Shown here in pieces: positions 12,503 through 26,004 of a stretch of 64,000 nucleotides of DNA. Position 1 is the stretch's first letter, and the number at the start of each line of letters is the position of its first letter. The notes beneath the pieces were generated by a model. The model was not told where the DNA came from, did not search any database, and was given only the letters and a program-made list of their open reading frames with translations. This DNA comes from Octopus vulgaris. Taxonomy: Eukaryota. Location: NCBI GenBank assembly GCA_951406725.2, contig OX597831.1:10850001-10914000 (forward strand), in the 5' to 3' direction. The position numbers were made by a program, and so were the translations under genes.

Positions 12503-13575
12503 TATTGACACCGGGCAGCCCGCACTTCACGCATGTCATTCGTCCATTTATCATTACCATTCTTTTCACTCGATTTTATTTCTTCCCCACTTTTGAGTTT
12601 TGTCTGTCTTTGTGCTCTCCGCTCTGTGTTAATAAAAATTCAAGTCATTAGGTGTGTCTATGTATGTGTAGATGTGTACCGTATACAGTGGAGGTGCAAT
12701 GGTTCAGTGGTTAGGGCAGCGGACTCGCGGTCATAGGATCGCGGTTTCGATTCCCAGACCGGGCGTTGTGAGTGTTTATTGAGCGAAAATACCTAAAGCT
12801 CCACGAGGCTCCGGCAGGGGATGGTGGTGATCCCTGCTGTACTCTTTCACCACAACTTTCTCTCACTCTTACTTCCTGTTTCTGTTGTACCTGTATTTCA
12901 AAGGGCCGGCCTTGTCACTCTCTGTGTTATGCTGAATATCCCCGAGAACTACGTTACGGGTACACGTGTCTGTGGAGTGCTCAGCCACTTACACGTTAAT
13001 TTCACGAGCAGGCTGTTCCGTTGATTCGGATCAACCGGAACCCTCGTCGTCGTGACCGACGGAGTGCTTTCAGATGTGTGTGTGTGTTTAATAACGTACC
13101 GTATACAGTGTGTCTGTATTCTTGTATGCAGTGTAAATTAACGAAATAGAAGCACGTGTACGGAACTGCTCATTTACAGGTAAATGGCACAATAATTATT
13201 AAAAGGAGACAAGGAATTTTATATTTTACCTTGCAACCTTGCAACTACGGCGATAATTACCAGTTGGTAATGAAACGGTAAATGTGTATTGTTTTAAAAG
13301 AAATGAAAATAAAATGTGTGTGTGTGTTGACACTGGCCACCCCGCACTTCATGCATGTCAGTCATCAGGTATGTATGTGTAGATTTGTGTGTGTTTAATA
13401 ACGTATCATATACAGTATGTCTGTATTTTTGTATGCAGTATAAATTAATCCCTGAAAATTACATGTTGGCACTTCTGAGGTCTGATTGTACGACCATGTA
13501 AAATTTCATTTGATTTGGTTGAGCCGTTTGAGAATGCATTGGGGACAGACAGGAATACAAAGGATTTTATATATA
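12503..13575 (-). mobile_element. Non-autonomous Helitron-like repeat with an internal duplication, interrupted by SINE B
   Basis: The end TGTAAAATTTCAT...GGTTGAGCCGTTTG...ACAGACAG...TTTTATATATA has the same layout as the end of the Helitron at 40716-41097; TTGACAC..CCCGCACTTCA.GCATGTCA is duplicated at ~12505 and ~13327. Confidence 0.5.
12688..13070 (+). mobile_element. SINE family B, tail type 1, full length
   Basis: Near-identical inverted copy of 11944-12327; inserted into a Helitron-like repeat. Confidence 0.92.
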
Positions 13576-13760
13576 TTATTATTATTATTGTTGTTGTTGT
13601 TGTTGTTGTTGTTATCTTGAAAGATAGTTCTTAATTTCCGGTTATTATTTATTTGAAAGCAAGCAATAACCAATCACCAACGGTTTCAAGTAGTACCTTC
13701 TCCTGTGACTCAAAGAGACAATACTCTCCTTAGAATGCGAGCTGTACCCAACAATGCTAC

Positions 13761-13836
<76 letters not shown>

Positions 13837-13837
13837 G

Positions 13838-14125
13838 ATTTGATTCAGGTTCGTTCTTATTCCTAGTAGAATATACACAGGTAGCGGGTTGCTACTTGTA
13901 AACTTAAGTATTCACAATCTTCCAATTGTCTTGCAAGTGATTAAGATCCTCTTGATAATCTTTCCTGTCCCTAACAGGCAAACGTTCTGTAGAACCCCTA
14001 CAGGGCATTCCATTCCAGTCTCCTTCAACCATTTGTCCGTATCTTTGATTACAGTTCCTAACGCACTAATTACAATTTTCACATTCCAAATCATTGCAAT
14101 TTCAAACTTTAAGGGATTCTAATAT
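13838..14125 (-). mobile_element. R4/Dong-clade RLE non-LTR retrotransposon, 3' end
   Basis: Peptide IWNVKIVISALGTVIKDTDKWLKETG...LQNVCLLGTGKIIKRIL is typical of the R4-clade C-terminus; the 3' end abuts (TAA)n at 13760-13836. Confidence 0.75.
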
Positions 14126-14769
14126 TTTCTTTACGATCCTGAATTCAAGTGGATATGACGGATCAATTAGGGGACGGCTTCTCTATTTCGTGTCTATTGT
14201 TCTTGTGTCTGGCCTGTCATTTTCTAGTTTCTTGTCTGTTTAACAAAAGGAAAGTCTCACAGAATCTTACAATTCTTCGACTCCATCAATCTTTGGCCCT
14301 GACTTTCATATCATTTGATTCTAGCTTTGAATCCCCATTTCTGAACAAAGCTTCCAGTGTAAAGTTTTTATCACGTGGTCATGCCTCCATTTTTTATATT
14401 TTTCCTGTCTATTTTTGTTTTGTATTTTGTCGTCTCTTTGTGTTATTACAGTTATTATTATTTACGTTTAATTTGCATGTTTGTTACAATCACTCAGCGA
14501 GACACACCAAGCGTCCTAGAGTGAGTGAAGGATAAGAGATGTTACAGTAGGGCTTAAAGTTTATGGAGGGCAAGTGGCAGGGGCAGTAGCAAATTATCTT
14601 CATGTAATACGACACATACATTCAAATTGATAGGGTTTTTATAAGGATGTGAGCAGTACTTGTTTGCACAATCATTTGGATTTCTCTGAGACACAACAAC
14701 AGAAACGGTTCTCGCTTTAAGATGCTACATCTTTTGTATTTCAGTTGCCAAGTCCTTACTTAATTTGTC

Positions 14770-15115
14770 AAATTCTTTTACAGATATATTTTTATCTGTG
14801 GGAACACTTAAATCTGTTAGTCAACAAGATATTTTCTTCTTTGTCTTTAATGATTATGTCTGGTCGATTAGCCTGGGTTGTTCTGTCGATGCCGAATAGA
14901 AAATCTCAGAGGATAATTAAGTTTTTACCTTCAACGACTAGTTCAGGATGAGGTTCATACCAGTAAGCGGGAATTCTGATTTTGTGGTGTTTACACATTT
15001 TCCAATGTAAATACTCTCCTGCCCTATCGTGGCGATTTTGGTATTCGTTTGGTGTTAGCACAGGACATCCGAGACGAGAGGTTCTAGTGTTTCATCAAAT
15101 TTATCGCAGAACCTG
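14770..15115 (-). mobile_element. R4/Dong-clade LINE fragment (zinc-knuckle/RLE region)
   Basis: Minus strand encodes RHDRAGEYLHWKMCKHH...WYEPHP...ANRPDIIIKDK, an RLE PD motif context. Confidence 0.7.
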
Positions 15116-15359
15116 GTAGTTTTTTTTATTGTTATTATGTTAAACTGTCGTATGAGCAGATTTGGCCAAATGCATTTTTTAAAGATATTTATTTTGGCTT
15201 GCAAAAACCGGATCTTTTGGGAAAACTATCGTATCTCCAGCTGCTTCAGATGACAAGATATTAACAATTGTCAATGGCTTTGCTATGAAATGCTGAAACT
15301 ATTTTTTCGTTTTCTGAAAAACAACGTTTTGAAATTAGGACACTTTTGCATAATGGCAA

Positions 15360-15845
<486 letters not shown>

Positions 15846-16138
15846 AGAAAGAGACACCCTTCACTTACTCTCCAACACTTTGAACTCCATGCCAAATAAT
15901 AGCTAAAGAAGCTATATTCAATGAAAAATCTCCAGACATGTTCTTGACCCCCAGACAGAAGATAAACTGGTTTTACTTCAATTTTTTTAATAAATTTATT
16001 ACTGATTTTTAATAAAATGAGATTCATCGAAACCGGTAATATTTTCTTTATATAATCTTTTAATAATTTTTTTATTAAATTCCCTCTTAAACTCAAACGT
16101 CTTAGACTTACTTCTGTGCTATTTCCACATCTATCTTT

Positions 16139-16171
<33 letters not shown>

Positions 16172-16427
16172 ATGTGTGTGTGTGTGTGCATGTCTGTGTA
16201 CGTGTGTGTGTGTGTATAAATGTGAGTTTAGCGGGATATATCTTATCCGGGCGGACACCGTATTAGCTCTCAGTTGATGGCTAGCCGCAACGGTTAGTAT
16301 GCAACGTCTGTGTCTAGAATTAGTCGTTCGTCACTCCGTGAATTCTTCCTATCCGTAATTATGTGTAGTCTACGTTAGACTGTAAAGATTGTTTGGATTA
16401 TATATATAAATTTTAATAATATTAATA

Positions 16428-16823
16428 GGGCTTGCGAGCTGGCAGAATCCTTAGCACGCCGGGCGAAATGCTTAGCGGTATTTCGTCTGCCGTTACGTTG
16501 TGAGTTCAAATTCCGCCGAGGTCGACTTTGCCTTTCATCCTTTCGGGTTCGATAAATTAAGTACCAGTTACGCACTGGGGTCGATGTAATCGACTTAATA
16601 CCTATGTCTGTCCTTGCTTGTCTCCTCTGTGTTTAGCCCCTTGTGGGTAATAAAGAAATAGGTATTTCGTCTGCCGTTACGTTCCGAGTTCAAATTCCGC
16701 CGAGGTCGACTTTGCCTTTCACCCTTTCGGTTACGCACTGGGGTCGATATAATCGACTTAATCCGTTTGTCTGTCCTTGTTTGTCCTCTCTGTGCTTAGC
16801 CCCTTGTGGGTAGTAAAGAAATA
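16428..16823 (+). mobile_element. SINE family A, head plus tandem double body
   Basis: Second body starts at the AATA|GGTATTTCGTCTGCC junction (16661); TSD AATATTAATA. Confidence 0.9.
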
Positions 16824-17319
16824 AATATTAATATATAATCTATTATCTGTTACACATGCAACCTTGCAATATTGTCGGTGCAGCTTCATCAGAGTTCGTC
16901 TATTCGATCGTTCTCGAAGTGAACTAATGTGTATGTATATATATCGCCTACAAGGAAATTTTTTTAGATGACGAAGTATTTGGGATGCTGGTATTTAAAG
17001 AAAAAATTTGAAATATGAACTACAAAGAGAAAATCAGATTGTTCGAGGCCAGCCTGTTAAGTTTAACCAAGGATTTGAAATTCACGTCGTAACTCTACGT
17101 GGTAAATCTTAACATTTTGACGTACTGAACAAATCATATTATTTATTTTTGGTAATGGAAACAGTACTGCATCAACAACGTGATACGAACCATGCACCTT
17201 TCTATCAAAAGGCCAGCGTCTTATCAACGCATTTAGTTGTTTCGTCATAATAAAATTAGGAATCACTAAAATTGAAGCAGTAGTGCTTTTACAGTGTTTC
17301 TATCATTTCTCCGCACATG

Positions 17320-17689
17320 TGGAAGCACTCCGTCGGTTACGACGACGAGGGTTCCGGTTGATCCGATCAACGGAACAGCCTGATCGTGAAATTAACGTGT
17401 AAGTGGCTGAGCACTCCACAGACACGTGTACCTTTAACGTAGTTCTCGGGGATATTCAGCGTGACACAGAGAGTGACAAGGCCGGCCCTTTGAAATACAG
17501 GTACAACAGAAACAGGAAGTAAGAGTGAGAGAAAGTTGTGGTGAAAGAGTACAGCAGGGATCACCACCATCCCCTGCCGGAGCCTCGTGGAGCTTTAGGT
17601 GTTTTCGCTCAATAAACACTCACAATCCCCGGTCTGGGAATCGAAACCGCGAGTCCGCTGCCCTAACCACTGGGCCATTGCGTCTCCAC
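17320..17689 (-). mobile_element. SINE family B, tail type 1
   Basis: Matches 11944-12327 apart from a short deletion in the tRNA head; imperfect TSD TCTC(C/T)GCACAT. Confidence 0.92.
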
Positions 17690-18132
17690 TCTCTGCACAT
17701 AATCATTTGTGAGAAGAAAGAAACCGATTACTTATTCTATGATTGTTCTGCTTCTTGAGAAAATAAATAACATCTTCCTATTTTGACTTTATTTTCTCGA
17801 TAACCTTTAAAATCTTCTTTACTGCTCATGCTCTCTCTCTTGAGCTATTTTGATCCGGAGCTTTTATAGAAGTTTCTAGTCTCATTTTTGTTCGTGTTTT
17901 GATAGTGTTTAATATTGCTGTGTGTGATTATTTGAATTGATTTATTTCGAATCAATTTTACTGATTCGACGCACAACGCTTCTCCATTCCTTTGGGGATA
18001 TTGTTTTCCTCGTACATGTTTCAAAAGTGAGATGTAACATGTGTTACTCAAACGTTCGTAATAATTCCTTCAAATGTTATACATGTTTCTTAATTGACAG
18101 CATCGACTATCACTGCCTGGACGATGTTGTGG

Positions 18133-18530
18133 CTCTGTGGTCTTAAGTTTACTTCTCCACCACAAGGTTCCGGGTTCAGTCCTACTGCGCGGCTTCCTGG
18201 GAAAGTCTCTTCTACTATATACACAAGCCGACCAAATCCTTGTGAGTGGATTTGATAGACGGAAACTAAAAGAATCCCGTTGTATATATATATATCAATG
18301 TGTGTATGTCTTTGAATCTATGTTTATCCCCCACCACCGCTTGGCAACTGGTTTTGGAATGTTTACCTTCTCGTAACTTAGCGGTTCGGCAAAATGATCG
18401 ATAGAATAAGAATTAGGCTTCAAAAAGTAAGTAGTGCGGTAGATTCGCTCGACAAAAATTCTTCAAGGTGGTGGCCCCAGCATGGCCAGAATCTAATGAT
18501 TGAAGCAAATGAAAGACAAAGATAAAATAT
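18133..18530 (+). mobile_element. SINE family C, diverged full length
   Basis: Colinear similarity to 33608-33990. Confidence 0.85.
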
Positions 18531-19232
18531 TTGACTTCTTCCAGTTTTCATTCTTCAAAAGGATGTGAAACGCTGAAAGAAACAAATGTTGGATTAATAT
18601 ATAAACTACATCAAACCCGTGATGTTCAATATATGCTTTTTATTGCAACCAATAGTCTATGAGCCATAGCGTCTTGTTTAGAATCAGATCCAGTGTATTG
18701 TTTTTGAAACATGGCTTTATAGGGAAATTCGGAAACCGATGAAGGAAACAAACACACATACACACACATTATGAGCATGCGCGTGCCTTTGTACGATCGC
18801 GTGTATATTTCAAAGGACGCTTATGTTTATAATGTGTGTGTGAGTGCATGGGGAGGAGCGTGTGTGTGTTGGGATAGGTGGTTATTGTATTTTAGTGGAT
18901 GAGATCACTCTTTCCTGATTCCATAGCGTTTTGTGATTTTGTCTGCAAAATAGATTTTCAGTTAGAAGTGGATATTTTATTTGTGAAATCTTGAAACTTT
19001 TCCGAAAATTCTTAAAAAGGGGTCAGTTTTGCGTGATTGGATGTATATATCCCAACGCTCATAGAAGCGTTGTGTTTCGTAAAGGCAATATCCGAGTTTA
19101 GGATCGCTTTTATGATGTGCTCTTATCTTGATGTCTTATAGTTCATGATTAAGACAGATCCTGGAGACTCATGACAAATGCATTTTTGCAGCAGTCGATT
19201 CATCTTGTTTATATTTACGAATATATTTCCTA

Positions 19233-19603
19233 GTATTTCGGTTTTTGGATTTGGTTTGCAAGATTATTTATGTGAGTTCGTGTGTTGAAGCATATTCTGT
19301 TGTGTCTGGGGAGAGTCATTTTCTTTTTGTGCCTTATAATGTCACACACTCACCGGTAAAATTTCCACTTATTTCTTATTTTTATTTTCCTAAAATTTTC
19401 GTTGCATCTTGCAACCTTTTCAATAGTCTTGACTATTGAAAAGGTTGCCAGGGTATTGAAAAGGTTGCAAGACTATTGAAAAGGTTACAAGACGCAACGA
19501 AAATTTTAGGAAAATAAAAATAAGAAATGAGTGGAAATTTTACCGGTGAGTGTGTTACATTATAAAGCACAAAAAGAAAATGACTTTCCCCAGACACAAC
19601 AGA
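19233..19603. mobile_element. Young fold-back element with ~135-bp arms, U3-A8 hammerhead-like motifs and a probable 8-bp TSD
   Basis: Arms 19294-~19428 and ~19469-19605; centre has repeats of TATTGAAAAGGTT; ATTTCCTA at 19225-19232 and 19604-19611. Confidence 0.8.
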
Positions 19604-20244
19604 ATTTCCTACTATGTTCTTATTTTTTAATACGGAGGCCAGTCTGATGTTATTGTTACAGATCTAGACACTATACAGAGACTGCCACATTGTCATTTGA
19701 AACTCTTAATCAGTCTGTAAACCTGGTATTTTAAAGTAATTATAAAACAGTTTGTCACGACACGACTGTTATATGCATTCGAGCAGTGTTGATTTTGACG
19801 TCTTTTTGTCTCACAGAATGTTTCAATCTTTCGTTGCTTATTTCTTGTTTCTCTCTCTCTCTCTCTAGTTTGCAATGTAAATAATGAAGCCACACAGTTC
19901 TGTGATTATCCGACCTGTAATGTACAGTAATTTCTTCTTGTGATTGTTGACAATTCCATTTATGTATTGTATGTTAAGCAGAAACATTAGAGGTAAATTA
20001 ATATCTTGTTTCCGTGTAGCTTTCTGCAGCGTATGGAGGTCTGATGTAGGCAATAAATCTGAGATTTGTTCTATTGTTTATTATTTTTTCTTCTTATTTC
20101 GGTCAGCAGACAGATGTCAATTAATCATTGAAGAGGAAGACATGTCAAGAAAAACTATCAGGCGAGACAAAGATCTTCTGAAAAAAATATTCACTGTTTT
20201 TCCCTCGATGAAAATCTTTAGTGTTCAATATTTTATGACTATCA

Positions 20245-20630
20245 AAATGCTTAGCCACGTCACCCGTTTTGGGGGTCTGAGTTCAAGTTGCGCCGAGGTC
20301 GATTTGCCTTTCATGTCTTAGGGGTCGATAAAATAACAACCAGTTGACCCCTGAGGTCGATGTGATCGATGTACCCGGTCCCCTTCCCCGAAAATTGCTG
20401 GACTTGTACCGAAATTTGAAACAAATGTATAACTATATTTTATTTTAACTTACCGACGGATCTGTAACACTGCACAATGCACTTTTTTTATATAATTTCT
20501 TTCTTCATACAAAGCAAGAAATACACACAAACACCCATATATACATGTGTGTGTGCGTGCTCGAGTAAAGACATATTTTCAGAAATCCTATTTGGATAAT
20601 ATGAAGTAGATCAGAGAAATACACGCCATT

Positions 20631-20684
<54 letters not shown>

Positions 20685-20935
20685 TTTTTTTTTACTTTTA
20701 ATTGTCAAATTCTCTTTAAGACGACGAGCAGGCAGAAGCCATAAGCACGCCGGACAAAATGTTTAGCGGCATTTCGTCCAGCTTTATGTCCTGAGTCCAA
20801 AATTCCGCTGAGGTTGGCTTTATCGTTCATCCTTTCGGGGTCGATAAAATAAGTACCAGTTGAGTACTGGGATCCATGTAAACGACTACCCTCATCTCCG
20901 AAATTGCTCACTTTGTGCTACAATTTGAAACTAAT
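20245..20935 (+). mobile_element. Two diverged SINE A copies with the older tail (~20245-20425 and ~20722-20935)
   Basis: TTCATCCTTTCGGGGTCGATAAAAT-type core followed by ...AAATTGCT...AATTTGAAAC tail. Confidence 0.8.
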
Positions 20936-20979
20936 GATCAAATTCCATCCTTTAAAATGTGAAATAAAAAAAAATATTC

Positions 20980-21177
20980 TGTTACTTGTTTCAATAATTT
21001 CACTGCAGCCATGCTGGAGCGCCACCTTTAGTCGAGCGAATCGATCCCTGGACTTATTCTTTGTAAGCCCAGCACTAATTCCACCGGTCTCGTTTGCCGA
21101 ACCTCTAAGTTAAGGAGACGTAGACACACCAGCATCGGTTGTCAAGCGATGCTAGTGGGGACAAAAACAGATACACA

Positions 21178-21226
<49 letters not shown>

Positions 21227-21385
21227 GAAGGGCTTCTTTCAGGTTACGACTACTAAATCCAATCACAAGATCAAATCCATTTGGTCGGCCCGAGGCTATA
21301 GTAGAAGACACTTGCGCAAGGTGCCACGCAATGAAACTGAATCAGAGATCATGTGGTTGGGAAGCAAGTTTCTTGCCACACACCC
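20980..21385 (-). mobile_element. SINE family C with internal (TA)n
   Basis: Reverse complement of the family C head and tail around a (TA)n tract. Confidence 0.85.
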
Positions 21386-21455
21386 ACGACAGGGAATCGC
21401 TGGAAGTCCTTGGCAAAGCTCTTTGTTTTAATAATTGTCGACTCAAAAAAGAATT

Positions 21456-22504
21456 AGTCATGGCTCTGTGGCTAGAAGGCTCGCTTTGCAGTCGTTTTTT
21501 CGGGTTCAATACTACTAGGCGGTATGTTGGGCAAGGCTTTCTACTATAGCCCCAGGTCGACCGATGCCAATTTATGAAGTCCGTCCCGTGTGCGCATGTA
21601 TGTATATGTATAAATGTATGTAGGCGGCATTGTGTTTGTACTCTACCACTTCACAATCGGTGTTTGTTTGTGTATGACCCCATAACTTAGTTGTTTAACA
21701 AAAGAAAATTAAAGAATAAGCAACAGACTTTAAAGAGCTACGTTATTTTTTTTTTATGCACCCTTTTCAAGCCTAGCCAGGCTCATGGGCCCGGTTTCCT
21801 GGTTTCTGTAGCATATGTGTTCCCCCGCCCCCAGCTGGACGGGACGCCAGTCCATCGCAGCGTTACTCAAGGAACATGAAGAAGGAGTGAGAGAAAGTTG
21901 TGGCGAAAGAGTACAACAGGGGTCGCCACCATACCCTGCTGGAGCTTCGCGTAGCTTTAGGTGTTTTAATTGTCGACTCAATAAACACACAAAGTCATGG
22001 CTCTGTGGCTAGAAGGCTCGCTTTGCAGTCGTTTTTTCGGGTTCAATACTACTAGGCGGTATGTTGGGCAAGGCTTTCTACTATAGCCCCAGGTCGACCG
22101 ATGCCAATTTATGAAGTCCGTCCCGTGTGCGCATGTATGTATATGTATAAATGTATGTAGGCGGCATTGTGTTTGTACTCTACCACTTCACAATCGGTGT
22201 TTGTTTGTGTATGACCCCATAACTTAGTTGTTTAACAAAAGAAAATTAAAGAATAAGCAACAGACTTTAAAGAGCTACGTTATTTTTTTTTTATGCACCC
22301 TTTTCAAGCCTAGCCAGGCTCATGGGCCCGGTTTCCTGGTTTCTGTAGCATATGTGTTCCCCCGCCCCCAGCTGGACGGGACGCCAGTCCATCGCAGCGT
22401 TACTCAAGGAACATGAAGAAGGAGTGAGAGAAAGTTGTGGCGAAAGAGTACAACAGGGGTCGCCACCATACCCTGCTGGAGCTTCGCGTAGCTTTAGGTG
22501 TTTT
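21456..22504 (+). repeat. 537-bp-period direct tandem duplication (degenerate SINE C plus part of SINE B)
   Basis: 21456-21967 appears identical to 21993-22504; duplicated ORFs at 21691 and 22228 have the same offset. Confidence 0.95.
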
Positions 22505-22600
22505 CGCTCAATAAACACACACAACGTCCGGTCTGGGAATCGAAACCACGATCCTCCGACCGCGAGTCCGCTGCCCTAACCACTGGCCCATTGCGCCTCC
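22283..22600 (-). mobile_element. SINE family B, tail type 2 (poly-A end), nested in a SINE C copy
   Basis: Same head and core as tail type 1 but a different 3' half; TSD AAAGAGCTAC; the host SINE C resumes at 22601-22695. Confidence 0.9.
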
Positions 22601-23289
22601 AAAGAGCTACATACTAGGATTGATTTGTTCGTCGAAATCAGTCAAGGCGTTGCTCCTACATGGCCGCGGGCGAGTAACTGAAACAAATAAAATAATATGA
22701 AGATTATTCAGTGGAAATTATGAATGTTATGCTTCAGGTTTTATCAATTTTTGCCACCATTACACTCCTGGTGTCTCTATCAAGTCCTAAGCTTATTCCC
22801 AATTTTCTTTTCATGAGTTTGCTTACCATACAACGATAATATGAAGCAGTACTTGCAGTAACTACTTGTATTTTTAAAATATTTAAGGACAACCGCAGGC
22901 TCTGATTTGGTTAGTTAAATTCTATGCTTGTGTTGTTCTCTGTATTTGAGCGTTAAGATACCGGTTGTCTTATCGCGACGTTTAATAATTTTAATTGTGC
23001 GAATCCATTCAGCGAGGACAAAATTTTCTTTATGAAAGGTTTGCAATTTTCTCAATCACCAAGAGTGTCAAACAAATTAATTACACGTTTCATTACCAGA
23101 TTTAATAGATTTCTGACACATGAAATGTCTGCGCCAAGGGCTTGTTTTCTTTACTGCTGAAACCAAATAGACTCCATCAGATGCCGTTTAAATATGTAAA
23201 GTTGCTGAACCATAAACGATGCAAACAGGCATAAATAGGCCACACTGCCCCCCCCAACTCTGTGTGTCTCTCTCCCAAAGAAATATATG

Positions 23290-23368
23290 GGTGTGTGTGT
23301 GTGTGCGTGCGTATGTGTGTGGGTGCGTGTATGTGTATACATGCATGCTTACATGCATATATACATAC

Positions 23369-23405
<37 letters not shown>

Positions 23406-23410
23406 TATAC

Positions 23411-23448
<38 letters not shown>

Positions 23449-23534
23449 ACATATGTATACATACATGCATAGTCCATCCATACATACATACATACATATA
23501 TATGTATATATATGTTTATATATATATATGTATA

Positions 23535-23593
<59 letters not shown>

Positions 23594-23872
23594 GTATATA
23601 TATATATTTATATATATATATGTATATATATATATGTATATATATATATTTATATATATATATGTATATATATATATGAATATATATATGTATATATATA
23701 TGTGCTATGTGCATATATATATATATATATGTGTATATATATATATGTATATATATATGTGCATGTATATATGTGCATATATGTATCTATACATATATAT
23801 ATATATGCACATATATATACACACATGCATACATACATACGTACATACATAAATACGTACATACATACGTAT
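23290..23872. repeat. (TG)n/(TA)n/(TACA)n compound microsatellite
   Basis: Directly visible. Confidence 0.95.
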
Positions 23873-24873
23873 CATCAATCTATTAGATCCATTCCAAATC
23901 GATGTTGTACGTGGCCTGATGTTATCATTTGACGTTTTGTAAGCCTAAGAAAATAACTCCTAAAAGCACATACAATACAGAGTAAACGAAATCCGACGCC
24001 ATCTTAAGAACTCCTTCAAGCATTTTCTTCCATTTTCTATATCAGAGTTTTTGTTTCATTGTGCTTTTGATGAGGCCTTGTGTTTTTCTACGAAGCAATT
24101 CTTAAATATTTACCAATAAGTTCAGAATGGAACACACTTCTCAGAATATTAATATCTATGCAGAGTATACAAATATTAAAGAAATCGAAACGTATTCCAC
24201 TTATCATTTCATTCTTGAAAAATCGATTTTTGTGTGCGCGTGTGTGTGTGTGTTGTTATTTGCGCATCTTTGTTTTTCACATTGCGGCAGTTTCTTCCGT
24301 TTTGTTTGTTATTTTTTCTCTTTTTTCACTTCTTTCCGCAACTATATAAACAAGCTGTTGAATTTATCTACAATTTTTTAATATCGTTCTTAAACTTGCT
24401 TCCTTTTAAGTATGTGTAATGTAAATGCATAGTAATGCGCTTATTCCGAAGTGCATGTTAGTCCCATAAGCCATTGGCCAACAGGAGCAATTTCAAAACA
24501 GAAAGTAAATCAGTTTGACGGAGCCTATTGTTTTCCACGATGCATTCAGCCTTTAAATCTAAGCAAATATTCCCATACAGAGCTACCAAATGTTTTGCTG
24601 TACTAAGATTGAAGGCAACGTCTAATATATCATCTTGTCATTGAATTAAACTTTTTCTTTAGTAGATATTTATATAACTGTTATTTTGGTGGGTACTAAA
24701 TCCTAATGCACTTTTACTACCAGTTTTAGATACAACCATGAGTTAGTAGACCCATTAGAACACCGAAAACACACTTCGCGATATTTTGAGCCACAGATTG
24801 CATTCGGCGTTCAAATCCCATCGAGATCAACTTTGACTTCTCTTATCTCAGTACTGATGTCTGTGGTATTGAA

Positions 24874-25282
24874 GAGCTGGAAGAGTCGTTAGCACGCCGG
24901 GCAAAATGCCAAGTGGTATTTCGTCTGCCGCTACGTTCTGAGTTCAAATTCCGCCGAGGTCGACTTTGCCTTTCATACTTTCAGGGTCGATTAAATAAAT
25001 ACCAGTTACGCACTGGGGTCGATATAATCGACTTAATCCGTTTGTCTGTCCCTGTTTGTCCCTTCTGTGTTTAGCCCCTTGTGGGTAGTAAAGAAATAGG
25101 CATTTCGTCTGCCGTTATGTTCTGAGTTCAAATTCCGCCGAGGTCGACTTTGACTATCATCCTTTCGGGGTCGATAAATTAAGTACCAGTTACGCACTGG
25201 GGTCGATATAATCGACTTAATCCGTTTGTCTGTCCTTGTTCGTCCCCTCTGTGTTTAGACCCTTGTGGGTAGTAAAGAAATA
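24874..25282 (+). mobile_element. SINE family A double-body copy nested in an older family A copy
   Basis: TSD GGTATTGAA at 24865-24873 and 25283-25291; remnants of the old copy lie on both sides. Confidence 0.9.
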
Positions 25283-26004
25283 GGTATTGAATCACATCCT
25301 CCGCACAAAATTATTGGCCTTGCGTCTAAAGTAGAAAAATATGATTAAATTTAGTCACAAACCGAAATACACACGCATACACACACACACACACACACAT
25401 ATACCCGTATACCCGTTTCACTTGAGGTTGATATTTAAGCTTTCTGTCAAATGCGATTTATATAGTTTTCAGAGCAACAAATTACAATTTAATAAAGCAT
25501 AAAAAATACTGCAGTTATTTTTTTTTTTTTACGTTTTTGATCTGAAAAGATCTTTTTTCAGAAGTCACGTAAACAGAACCTAGACAAATAGAGAGAGAGA
25601 GGAAGAATATACATAATTAAGTGCTCAGCCAGACATTTCGACTATTTGTGTCGACACCAAAGGAAGTTCAAATATTAGCATCAACAGCATGTACACATTT
25701 CCTACCAGTTAAAACATGATGTCAGATAAACGGCAAATTTCGATTTTTTTAAGAGTGGCAAAGATACGTGAGCTAATGTAGACAATTATAAACATTGCGT
25801 AGCTTTCAATACCAGTCATTATTGACCAAAATGTTTTTGTGGAATCTTCACTTCATTTCGTATTTTAAGAGTTTACTGTTTATTTCTGTTCTGCAATTTT
25901 CCCATCTGAAGTAACTCTTTAGAGAGGCAAAAATGCACCTCCCCTTTTAGCACAGAAACTGCTTTTCTTACCTTTTCTGTTGCTGCTGCTGTTGATGATG
26001 TTGA

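Noticed and set aside
12688-12765. tRNA-Arg(TCG)-like sequence
   Set aside because: It is the head of a multicopy SINE; the acceptor and T stems do not pair as in a functional tRNA
19431-19495. Short direct repeats TATTGAAAAGGTT resembling a CRISPR repeat end
   Set aside because: Only 5-7 nt between repeats, eukaryotic context, no cas genes; part of a fold-back element centre
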